Source: Antedon mediterranea
Lineage: Eukaryota; Animalia; Echinodermata
NCBI RefSeq assembly: GCF_964355755.1
Contig: NC_092678.1
Span: 24,073,365 to 24,137,364 of the forward strand
Length of the DNA stretch: 64,000 bases
Direction of reading: 5' to 3'
In this document: piece by piece, positions 38,976-52,400 of the stretch
Numbering within the stretch: position 1 is the first letter of the stretch
Layout of the letters: each line of letters starts with the position of its first letter
The notes under the pieces: generated by a model
Seen by the model: the letters and a program-made list of their open reading frames with translations, nothing else
Databases searched by the model: none
What the model was told of the DNA's origin: nothing
Position numbers and translations under genes: made by a program

Positions 38976-40459
38976 AAGTTGACGGCGGCGAAGAAACATC
39001 TCGAAGAAGAAGAAGAAAAAGAAGATGAAGAGACAGGTAGAGTAGGCCGAGAGTAGGTAAGTATTTTATTGGTTTGAAAATACCTTTATTCAAAATATCT
39101 TCGAGTTCACGATTATCATATCGACTTCTAGTATGCCCTAGCTAATCATTTTGTTATTTAGCTTATTTAATGTCACATTTTTATACCGAAAATATTGATT
39201 TTATGAACTACCTTTTCACCGCCTCACCACACACACACACACCGTCGACTCATCATATAAAGTTTTAATTGAGGCTACTTAATTCTGCCTACTAAATTAC
39301 CAATTTTCAATTTCAACACATTGATTATTAGCAACTACAACACTGATTTCATCAATACAGTTCATTTTATCAATTGTTAGCGAATGAAACTGAGCCTATT
39401 TATTTTCATAGGTTTTCTGAAAAGTAAATCACCGCGAAGAACATTATCGTCTGCCTAGCGCGTTCACTGGTTCCTGGTAACTGTGACGTACTGCCAGGTG
39501 TTAGCGCGTACGTTGTCTGATTTTCTACTCGGCCCAATCTACTCGCGGGAACAGAACTTCTTGGTGGTAGAGACTGTTCTCGAACGAAGAATATTTATAC
39601 GTCGAAACTTATTGTTGAATTTAATAGATTAAAGCACATGTTACAATAATTTAATTATTACGAATATATTATTTAACATTATTTTTTTTTTATATTAGTT
39701 TTTATTTTATTTATTTAATTTCTTTTTTCAACTTTTTTCAACTTTTTTTTTTCAGGTTTTAATTCTAGACCGTTACCTGGTATCATCATTCATGCTGTGC
39801 TTCTCCACACTTATGACAGATAAGTAATATTATTTTATACTCTTAAATTTCACAGTAGAAATCCCTATTGGTGTTCATACTTCTTGGTACTTTCGAGATT
39901 TTTCTGTTTCTGCATGCACTTCTGCAACCTTTTACGTTTACACAAATAGATGTTTTGTTATGTGCTTTTCTTGTTTATGAATGTTTTGTTAACTGTAAAT
40001 TAATTAAGAGTATTTTTTCCCTGCACTTTCTTTTATTTTCCAGGTAATTTAGGTTTCTTGGGACATCAGCAAATGCAGACACAGATATGAATGTTACTTG
40101 TATACTAACACATCACTTGTTTATATTGTGTTAAACGTAAAAGGTGTCAGAAAGCATGGAAAATGAATTTGGGGAACCTTGAAACAAATAATTAAAATAG
40201 AGTAATGCTTAAACTAAGACATATAAATAACAAGTTATTATATAATCATGTTTCATATCTTTTCAGATCTAGTTTTGACATTACAAGGAAAGCAATCAAA
40301 GAGCATCAGATGTACAGATGCAATAAGGCTGTTGGAACCAATAAGGTAATAAACATCTTAGTCAATCTAATAGTATAATTTCAATTTTCTTTTTACTTTC
40401 TTTTTTTCAGATAGCAGCTATGGAGACAAATGCAAAGTCACAGGTAAGTAAAAATACAT

Positions 40460-43400
40460 GTATTGCATTTTAAATCATGTTTTTTGGGTAAATGTATTTG
40501 ATATAATGTGTGAGGTGGCATTATATTTTGGTATAGTACATTTTGCCTGCAGGTATGTGTGTAGCTAAGATATATTAAATGTAGCTAAGGGTCTAGAGGT
40601 TTAAGTTTCAATGCATTTTAAATTATGGTATTTTTTTGTAAATTTATTTGATATAATGTGTAAGGTGGCATTATTGGTATTTTAAACTTTGCCTGCAGGT
40701 GTGTGTAGCTAAGATATATTAACAGTAGCTAAGGGTCTAGAGGTTTAAGTTTCAATGCATTTTAAATCATGGTATTTTTTGTATATGTATTTGATATAAT
40801 GTGTAAGGTGGCATTATATTTTGGTATTGTACATTTGCAGGTATGTGTGTAGCTAAGTTATATTAAGTGTAGCTAAGGGTCTAGAGCTTTAAGTTTCAAT
40901 GCATTTTACATTATGGTATTTTTTGTAAATTTATTTGATATAATGTGTAAGGTGGCATTTTTGGTATTGTAAACTTTGTCTGCAGGCAGCTAAGATTTAT
41001 TAAATGTAGCTAAGGGGGTACAGGTTTAAATTTAAATGCACTTTAAATCATGGTATTTTTTGGTAAACTTATTTGATATAATGTGTAAGGTGGTAGGTAA
41101 TGGTAAAATATAGTTTTTATTTAGGTAATCTTTTCAGGTCATACTATATGGATGGATAGATGCAAGGATGTTTTTGAAACCAATTACAGGTAAGAAACAT
41201 CATATTCTATGTAATGGTATAAGTAATTGTCTATTTAGTTACTATTTTCAGATCACACTAAGGATGTACAGGTTCAAGGCATTTGGAACCAATCACAGGT
41301 AAGAAACATCATATCCTATGTCATATTATTAAGAGTATAATTCATTTTCTTTATACTTTTTCTTTTCAGATGGCACCTATGGACATACCAATGCTAGGCT
41401 GTTGAAGAAAATGAAAGGTAAGACTTATCTTTGTCTATCTAATAGTATAATTCATATTCTTTTTTACTTCTCTTTTCAGGTAGGACCATGGGGAGACCGA
41501 TGAAAGGATGTTGGAACTAATCACATATAGGGAACATCAGATGTACTCAGATGCAAGACTGTTGGAATCATTCAGGTAAATAAAAAAATAAACATCTTAG
41601 CCTATCTAATGGTATAATTAGTTTATTTAAACATTCTCCTTTCATTCATTCTTTTTTATTACTTTTTAGGTCTTTCCGATAAAAGTACATTTTTTCAACC
41701 AGTCACCGGTATGCAAATGTACATAGTAAGTTTTCCTTACTATTTAATTTTTCAGATTGCACCTATGAATATACCGATGCAAGGTTGTTTCAAACAATAA
41801 CAGGTAAGAAACATCATATTCTATGTAATGGTATAATTAATTGTCTATTTAGTTACTCTTTTCAGTTCGCACTAAGGATGTACAGGTTCAAGGCATTTGG
41901 AACCAATCACAGGTAAGAAACATCATATCCTATGTTATATTATTAAGAGTATAATTCATTTTCTTTATACTTTTTCTTTTCAGATGGCACCTATGGAAAT
42001 AGCAATGCAAGGCTGTTGGACAAAATCAGAGGTGAGAAACATCTTAGTCTATCTAATAGTATAATTCATTTTCTTTTTTATTTCTCTTTTCATGTATTAC
42101 CATGGGGAGACCGATGCAAGGATGTTGGAACTAATCACATATAGGGAACATCAGATGTACTCAGATGCAAGACTGTTGGAATCATTCAGGTAAATAAAAA
42201 AATAAACATCTTAGCCTATCTAATGGTATAATTCATTTTCTTTTTAACTTCTATTTTCAGGTAGGGCCATGGGGAGATTGATGCAAGGATGTTGGAACTA
42301 ATCACATATAGGGAACATCAGATGTACTCAGATGCAAGACTGTTGGAATCATTCAGGTAAATAAAAAAATAAACATCTTAGCCTATCTAATGGTATAATT
42401 AGTTTTTTTAACATTCTCCTTTCATTCATTCTTTTTTATTATTTTTCAGGTTTTTCCGATAAAAGTGCATTAATTGTTATTTTTAATTTCAACCAGTCAC
42501 AGGTATTCAAATGTAGATAGTAAGTTTTGCTTACTATTTAATTTTTCAGATTGCACCTATGGATATACCGATGCAAGGTTGCTGCAACCAATCACAAGTA
42601 AGAAACATCATATTCTATGTAATGGTATAATTAATTGTCTACTTAGTTACTCTTTTCAGATAGCACTATGGATGTACAGTTTAAATTGTTTTGGAACCAA
42701 TCACAGGAAAGAAACATTATAGCATATAAAATAATTTTCCTTTTGATTTCAACTTTATCCTTTCAGATAGCATTGGAGGTACAGATGCAACAAACTTGGT
42801 ATTATTATACCAGATCTCACCTATAGACATGTCATTTGAGGGCTGTTGGAAACAAGTGAATCACAGGTAAGAATACAAAATATCACATGCACATAACCAT
42901 TTTCTTTTTTATTAATAATAGTATAATACATTTTCTTTATACGTTGTCTTTTCAGATAGCAAATGTACATACCAATGCAAGGCATTTGGAACCAATCACA
43001 GGTAAGAAATATTTTAGTCTATCTAATAGTATAATTCATTTTCTTTTTACTTTCTATTTGCAGATATCAGCTATAGACATACCATTGCAAGGCTGTTGAA
43101 ACCAGTCACAGGTAAGGATGCCACATCCACAGGTATGTGTGCTAAGATATATTAAGTGTAGCTAAGGGTCTAGAGGTTTAAGTTTCAATGCATTTTAAAT
43201 TTTGGTATTTTTTTGTAAATTTATTTGATATAATGTGTAAGGTGGCATTATTGGTATAGTACATTTTGCCTGCAGGTATGTGTGTAGCTAAGATATATTA
43301 AGTGTAGCTAAGGGTCTAGAGCTTTAAGTTTCAATGCATTTTAAATTTTGGTATTTTTTTGTAAATTTATTTGATATAATGTGTAAGGTGGCATTATTGG

Positions 43401-46400
43401 TATTGTAAACTTTGCCTGCATGTGTGTGTAGCTAAGATATATTAAGTGTAGCTAAGGGTCTAGAGGTTTAAGTTTCAATGCATTTTAAATCATGGTATTT
43501 TTTGGGTAAATTTATTTGATATAAATAATGTGTAAGGTGGTATTATTGGTATTTTAAACTTTGCCTGCATGTGTGTATAGCTAAGATATATTAAATGTAG
43601 CTAAGGATCTAGAGCTTTAAGTTTCAATGCATTTTAAATTATGGTATTTTTTGTAAATGTATTTGATATAATGTGTAAGGTGGCATTATATTTTGGTTTA
43701 GTAAATTTTGCCTGCATGTGTGTGTAGCTAAGATATATTAAATGTAGCTAAGGGTCTAGAGGTTTAAGTTTCAATGCATTTTAAATCATGATATTTTTTC
43801 GTAAACTTATTTGATATAATGTGTAAGGTGGCATTATTGGTATTTAAAACTTTGCCTGCAGGTGTGGGTAGCTAAGATATATTAATGGTAGCTAAGGGTC
43901 TAGAGGTTTAAGTTTCAATGCATTTTTAATCATGGTATTTTTTGTATATGTAATTGATATAATGTGTAAGGTGACATTTTATTTTGGTATTGTACATTTT
44001 GCCTGCAGGTATGTTTGTAGCTAAGATATATTAAGTGTAGCTAAGGGTCTAGAAGTTTAAGTTTCAATGCATTTTTAAATCATAGTATCTTTTTTATAAA
44101 TTTATTTGATATAATGTGTAAGGTGGCATTATTGGTATTGTAAACTTTGTCTGCAGGCAGCTAAGATTTATTAAGTGTAGCTAAGGGTCTACAGGTTTAA
44201 GTTTCAATGCATTTTAAATAATGGTATTTTTTGGTAAACTTATTTGATATAATGTGTAATGTGGTAGGTAATGGTAAAATATAGTTTTTATTTAGGTACT
44301 CCTTTCAGGTCATACTATATGGATGGATAGATGCAAGGCTGTTTTTGGAACCAATTACAGGTAAGAAACATCATATTCTATGTAATGGTATAATTAATTG
44401 TCTATTTAGTTACTCTTTTCAGATCACACTATGTATGTACAGGTTCAAGGCATTTGGAACAAATAACAGGTAAGAAACATCATATCCTATGTTATATTAT
44501 TAAGAGTATAATTCATTTTCTTTATACTTTTTCTTTTCAGATGGCACCTATGGACATACCAATGCAAGGCTGTTGGACAAAATGAAAGGTAAGAAACATC
44601 TTAGTCTATCTAATAGTATAATTCATTTTCTTTTTAACTTCTCTTTTCATGTATTACCATGGGAGACCGATGCAAGGATGTTGGAACTAATCACATATAG
44701 AGAACATCAGATGTACTCAGATGCAAGACTGTTGGAATCATTCAGGTAAATAAAAAAAATAAACATCTTAGCCTATCTAATGGTATAGTTAGTTTATTTA
44801 AACATTCTCCTTTCATTCATTAATTTTTATTACTTTTCAGGTATTTCTAATAAAAGTACATTTGTTATTTTTAATTTCAACCCGTCACCGGTATGCAAAT
44901 GTACATAGTAAGTTTTCCTTACTATTTAATTTTTCAGATTGCACCTATGGATATACCGATGCAAGGTTGTTTCAACCAATCACAGGTAAGAAACATCATT
45001 TTCTACGTAATGGTATAATTAATTGTCTATTTAGCTACTATTTTCAGATCGCACTATGTATGTACAGGTTCAAGGCATTTGGAACCAATCAAAGGTAAGA
45101 GACATCATATCCTATGTTATATTATTAATAGTATAATTCATTTTCTTGATACTTTTTCTTTTCAGATGGCACCTATGGACATACCAATGCAAGGCTGTTG
45201 AAGAAAATGAAAGGTAAGAAACATCTTAGTCTATCTAATAGTATAATTCATTTTCTTTTTAACTTCTCTTTTCAGGTAGGACCATGGGGAGACCGATGCA
45301 AGGATGTTGGAACTAATCACAAATAGGGAACATCAGATGTACTCAGATGCAAGACTGTTGGAATCATTCAGGTAAATAAAAGAAATAAACATCTTAGCCT
45401 ATCTAATGGTATAATTAGTTTATTTAACATTCTCCTTTCATTCAGTCTTTTTTATTACATTTCAGGTCTTTCTGATAAAAGTGCATTTGTTATTTTTAAT
45501 TTCAACCCGTCACCGGTATGCAAATGAACAAAGTAAGTTTTCCTTACTATTTAATTTTTCAGATTGCACCTATGGATATACCGATGCAAGGTTACTGCAA
45601 CCAATCACAGGTAAGAAACATCATATGCTATGTAATGGTATAATTAATTGTCTACTTAGTTACTCTTTTCAGATCGCACTTTGTATGTACAGGTTCAAGG
45701 CATTTGGAACCAATCACAGGTAAGAAACATCATATCCTATGTTATATTATTAAGAGTATAATTCATTTTCTTTATACTTTATCTTTTCAGATGGCCCCTA
45801 TGGACATACCAATGCAAGGCTGTTGGACAAAATGAAAGGTAAGACTTATCTTTGTCTATCTAATAGTATAATTCATATTCTTTTTTACTTCTCTTTTCAG
45901 GTATTACCATGGGGAGACCGATGCAAGGATGTTGGAACTAATCACATATAGGGAACATCAGATGTACTCAGATGCAAGACTGTTGGAATCATTCAGGTAA
46001 ATAAAAAAATAAACATCTTAGCCTATCTAATGGTATAATTAGTTTATTTAAACATTCTCCTTTCATTCATTCTTTTTTATTCCTTTTTAGGTCTTTCCGA
46101 TAAAAGTACATTTTTTCAACCAGTCACCGGTATGCAAATGTACATAGTAAGTTTTCCTTACTATTTAATTTTTCAGATTGCACCTATGAATATACCGATG
46201 CAAGGTTGTTTCAAACAATAACAGGTAAGAAACATCATATTCTATGTAATGGTATAATTAATTGTCTATTTAGTTACTCTTTTCAGATCGCACTAAGGAT
46301 GTACAGGTTCAAGGCATTTGGAACCAATCACAGGTAAGAGACATCATATCCTATGTTATATTATTAATAGTAGAATTCATTTTCTTGATACTTTTTCTTT

Positions 46401-49400
46401 TCAGATGGCACCTATTGACATACCAATGCAAGGCTGTTGAAGAAAATGAAAGGTAAGAATTATCTTAGTCTATCTAATAGTATAATTCATTATCTTTTTA
46501 ACTTCTCTTTTCAGGTAGGACCATGGGGAGACCGATGCAAGGATGTTGGAACTAATCACATATAGGGAACATCAGATGTACTCAGATGCAAGACTGTTGG
46601 AATCATTCAGGTAAATAAAAAAAATAAACATCTTAGCCTATCTAATGGTATAGTTAGTTTTTTTAATATTCTCCTTTCATTCATTCTTTTTTTTTTTTTA
46701 CTTTTCAGGTCTTTCCGATAAAAGTACATTTTTAATTTTTAATTTCAACCCGTCACAGGTATGCAAATGAACATAGTAAGTTTTCCTTACTATTTAATTT
46801 TTCAGATTGCACCTATGGATATACCGATGCAAGGTTGTTTCAACCAATCACAGGTAAGAAACATCATTTTCTACGTAATGGTATAATTAATTGTCTATTT
46901 AGCTACTATTTTCAGATCGCACCTATGGGTGTACAGGTTCAAGGCATTTGGAACCAATCACAGGTAAGAAACATTACATCAAACATTGTATAAAATAATT
47001 TTCCTTTTGATTTCAACTTTATCCTTTCAGATAGCATTGGAGGTACAGATGCAAGAAACTTGGTATTATTATACCAGATCTCACCTATAGACATGTCAAT
47101 TGAGGGCTGTTGGAAACAAGTGAATCACAGGTAAGAATACAACATATCACATGCACATAACCATTTTCTTTTTTATTAATAATAGTATAATACATTTTCT
47201 TTATACGTTCTCTTTTCAGATAGCAAATGTACATACCAATGCAAGGCATTTGGAACCAATCACAGGTAAGAAATATCTTAGTCTATCTAATAGAATAATT
47301 CATTTTGTTTTCACTTTCTATTTGCAGATATCAGCTATAGACATACCATTGCAAGGCTGTTGAAACCAGTCACAGGTAAGGATGCCACATCCACAGGTAT
47401 GTGTAGCTAAGATATATTAAGTGTAGCTAAGGGTCTACAGGTTTAAGTTTCAATGCATTTTAAATTTTGGTATTTTTTTGTAAATTTATTTGATATAATG
47501 TTTAAGGTGGCATTATTGGTATAGTACATTTTGCCTGCAGGTATGTGTGTAGCTAAGATATATTAAGTGTAGCTAAGGGTCTAGAGCTTTAAGTTTCAAT
47601 GCATTTTAAATTTTGGTATTTTTTTGTAAATTTATTTGATATAATGTGTAAGGTGGCATTATTGGTATTGTAAAGTTTGCCTGCATGTGTGTGTAGCTAA
47701 GATATATTAAGTGTAGCTAAGGGTCTAGAGGTTTAAGTTTCAATGCATTTTAAATCATGGTATTTTTGGGGTAAATTTATTTGATATAAATAATGTGTAA
47801 GGTGGTATTATTGGTATTTTAAACTTTGCCTGCATGTGTGTATAGCTAAGATATATTAAATGTAGCTAAGGATCTAGAGCTTTAAGTTTTAATGCATTTT
47901 AAATTATGGTATTTTTTGTAAATGTATTTGATATAATGTGTAAGGTGGCATTATATTTTGGTTTAGTAAATTTTGCCTGCATGTGTGTGTAGCTAAGATA
48001 TATTAAATGTAGCTAAGGGTCTAGAGGTTTAAGTTTCAATGCATTTTAAATCATGATATTTTTTCTTAAACTTATTTGATATAATGTGTAAGGTGGCATT
48101 ATTGGTATTTAAAACTTTGCCTGCAGGTGTGGGTAGCTAAGATATATTAATGGTAGCTAAGGGTCTAGAGGTTTAAGTTTCAATGCATTTTTAATCATGG
48201 TATTTTTTGTATATGTAATTGATATAATGTGTAAGGTGACATTTTATTTTGGTATTGTACATTTTACCTGCAGGTATGTTTGTAGCTAAGATATATTAAG
48301 TGTAGCTAAGGGTCTAGAAGTTTAAGTTTCAATGCATTTTTAAATCATAGTATCTTTTTTATAAATTTATTTGATATAATGTGTAAGGTGGCATTATTGG
48401 TATTGTAAACTTTGTCTGCAGGCAGCTAAGATTTATTAAGTGTAGCTAAGGGTCTACAGGTTTAAGTTTCAATGCATTTTAAATAATGGTATTTTTTGGT
48501 AAACTTATTTGATATAATGTGTAATGTGGTAGGTAATGGTAAAATATAGTTTTTATTTAGGTACTCCTTTCAGGTCATACTATATGGATGGATAGATGCA
48601 AGGCTGTTTTTGGAACCAATTACAGGTAAGAAACATCATATTCTATGTAATGGTATAAGTAATTGTCTATTTAGTTACTCTTTTCAGATCACACTATGTA
48701 TGTACAGGTTCAAGGCATTTGGAACAAATAACAGGTAAGAGACATCATATCCTATGTTTTATTATTAATAGTATAATTCATTTTCTTGATACTTTTTCTT
48801 TTCAGATGGCACCTATGGACATACCAATGCAAGGCTGTTGAAGAAAATGAAAGGTAAGAAACATCTTAGTCTATCTAATAGTATAATTCATTTTCTTTTT
48901 AACTTCTCTTTTCAGGTAGGACCATGGGGAGACCGATGCAAGGATGTTGGAACTAATCACATATAGGGAACATCAGATGTACTCAGATGCAAGACTGTTG
49001 GAATCATTCAGGTAAATAAAAGAAATAAACATCTTAGCCTATCTAATGGTATAATTAGTTTATTTAACATTCTCCTTTCATTCAGTCTTTTTTATTACTT
49101 TTCAGGTATTTCTAATAAAAGTGCATTTGTTATTTTTAATTTCAACCCGTCACCGGTATGCAAATGAACAAAGTAAGTTTTCCTTACTATTTAATTTTTC
49201 AGATTGCACCTATGGATATACCGATGCAAGGTTGCTGCAACCAATCACAGGTAAGAAACATCATATTCTATGTAATGGTATAATTACTTGTCTATTTAGT
49301 TACTCTTTTCAGATCACACTATATATGTACATGTTCAAGGCATTTGGAACCAATCACAGGTAAGAAACATTACATCAAACATTGTATAAAATAATTTTCC

Positions 49401-52400
49401 TTTTAATTTCAACTTTCTCCTTTCAGAGCATTGGAGGTACAGATGCAACAAACTTGGTATTATTATACCAGATCTCACCTATAGACATGTCAATTGAGGG
49501 CTGTTGGAAACAAGTGAATCACAGGTAAGAATACAACATATCACATGCACATAACCATTTTCTTTTTTATTAATAATAGTATAATTCATTTTCTTTATAC
49601 TTTATCTTTTCAGATGGCACCTATGGACATATCAATGCAAGGCTGTTGAAGAAAATGAAAGGTAAGAATTATCTCAGTCTATCTAATAGTATAATTCATT
49701 TTCTTTTTTACCTTCATTTTCAGGTAGGACCATAGGGAGATTGATGCAAGGATGTTGGAACTAATCACATATAGGGAACATCAGATGTACTCAGATGCAA
49801 GACTGTTGGAATCATTCAGGTAAATAAAAAAATAAACATCTTAGCCTATCTAATTGTATAGTTAGTTTTTTTAACATTCTCTTTTCATTCATTCTTTTTT
49901 TTCACTTTTCAGGTCTTTCCGATAAAAGTACATTTTTTATTTTTTATTTCAACCAGTCACAGGTATGCAAATGTGGATAGTAAGTTTTGCTTACTATTTA
50001 ATTTTTCAGATTGCACCTATGGATATACCGATGCAAGGTTACTGCAACCAATCACAGGTAAGAAACATCATATGCTATGTAATGGTATAATTAATTGTCT
50101 ACTTAGTTACTCTTTTCAGATCGCACTATGGGTGTACAGGTTCAAGGCATTTGGAACCAATCACAGGTAAGAAACATTACATCAAACATTGTATAAAATA
50201 ATTTTCCTTTTGATTTCAACTTTATCCTTTCAGATAGCATTGGAGGTACAGATGCAAGAAACTTGGTATTATTATACCAGATCTCACCTATAGACATGTC
50301 AATTGAGGGCTGTTGGAAACAAGTGAATCACAGGTAAGAATACAACATATCACATGCACATAACCATTTTCTTTTTTATTAATAATAGTATAATACATTT
50401 TCTTTATACGTTCTCTTTTCAGATAGCAAATGTACATACCAATGCAAGGCATTTGGAACCAATCACAGGTAAGAAATATCTTAGTCTATCTAATGGAATA
50501 ATTCATTTTGTTTTCACTTTCTATTTGCAGATATCAGCTATAGACATACCATTGCAAGGCTGTTGAAACCAGTCACAGGTAAGGATGCCACATCCACAGG
50601 TATGTGTAGCTAAGATATATTAAGTGTAGCTAAGGGTCTACAGGTTTAAGTTTCAATGCATTTTAAATTTTGGTATTTTTTTGTAAATTTATTTGATATA
50701 ATGTTTAAGGTGGCATTATTGGTATAGTACATTTTGCCTGCAGGTATGTGTGTAGCTAAGATATATTAAGTGTAGCTAAGGGTCTAGAGCTTTAAGTTTC
50801 AATGCATTTTAAATTTTGGTATTTTTTTGTAAATTTATTTGATATAATGTGTAAGGTGGCATTATTGGTATTGTAAAGTTTGCCTGCATGTGTGTGTAGC
50901 TAAGATATATTAAGTGTAGCTAAGGGTCTAGAGGTTTAAGTTTCAATGCATTTTAAATCATGGTATTTTTTGGGTAAATTTATTTGATATAAATAATGTG
51001 TAAGGTGGTATTATTGGTATTTTAAACTTTGAATGCATGTGTGTATAGCTAAGATATATTAAATGTAGCTAAGGATCTAGAGCTTTAAGTTTCAATGCAT
51101 TTTAAATTATGGTATTTTTTTGTAAATGTATTTGATATAATGTGTAAGGTGGCATTATATTTTGGTTTAGTAAATTTTGCCTGCATGTGTGTGTAGCTAA
51201 GATATATTAAATGTAGCTAAGGGTCTAGAGGTTTAAGTTTCAATGCATTTTAAATCATGATATTTTTTCGTAAACTTATTTGATATAATGTGTAAGGTGG
51301 CATTATTGGTATTTAAAACTTTGCCTGCAGGTGTGGGTAGCTAAGATATATTAATGGTAGCTAAGGGTCTAGAGGTTTAAGTTTCAATGCATTTTTAATC
51401 ATGGTATTTTTTGTATATGTAATTGATATAATGTGTAAGGTGACATTTTATTTTGGTATTGTACATTTTACCTGCAGGTATGTTTGTAGCTAAGATATAT
51501 TAAGTGTAGCTAAGGGTCTAGAAGTTTAAGTTTCAATGCATTTTTAAATCATAGTATCTTTTTTATAAATTTATTTGATATAATGTGTAAGGTGGCATTA
51601 TTGGTATTGTAAACTTTGTCTGCAAGCAGCTAAGATTTATTAAGTGTAGCTAAGGGTCTACAGGTTTAAGTTTCAATGCATTTTTAAATCATAGTATCTT
51701 TTTTGTAAATTTATTTGATATAATGTGTAAGGTGGCATTATTGGTATTGTAAACTTTGTCTGCAGGCAGCTAAGATTTATTAAGTGTAGCTAAGGGTCTA
51801 CAGGTTTAAGTTTCAATGCATTTTAAATAATGGTATTTTTTGGTAAACTTATTTGATATAATGTGTAATGTGGTAGGTAATGGTAAAATATAGTTTTTAT
51901 TTAGGTACTCCTTTCAGGTCATACTATATGGATGGATAGATGCAAGGCTGTTTTTGGAACCAATTACAGGTAAGAAACATCATATTCTATGTAATGGTAT
52001 AATTAGTTGTCTATTTAGTTACTCTTTTCAGATCACACTATGTATGTACAGGTTCAAGGCATTTGGAACAAATAACAGGTAAGAAACATCATATCCTATG
52101 TTATATTATTAAGAGTATAATTCATTTTCTTTATATTTTTTCTTTTCAGATGGCATCTATGGACATACCAATGCAAGGCTGTTGGACAAAATCAAAGGTA
52201 AGAAACATCTTAGTCTATCTATAGTATAATTCATTTTCTTTTTTACCTTAAATTTCAGGTAGGACCATGGGGAGACCGATGCAAGGATGTTGGAACTAAT
52301 CACATATAGGGAACATCAGTTGTACTCAGATGCAAGACTGTTGGAATCATTCAGGTAAATAAAAAAATAAACATCTTAGCCTATCTAATGGTATAGTTAG

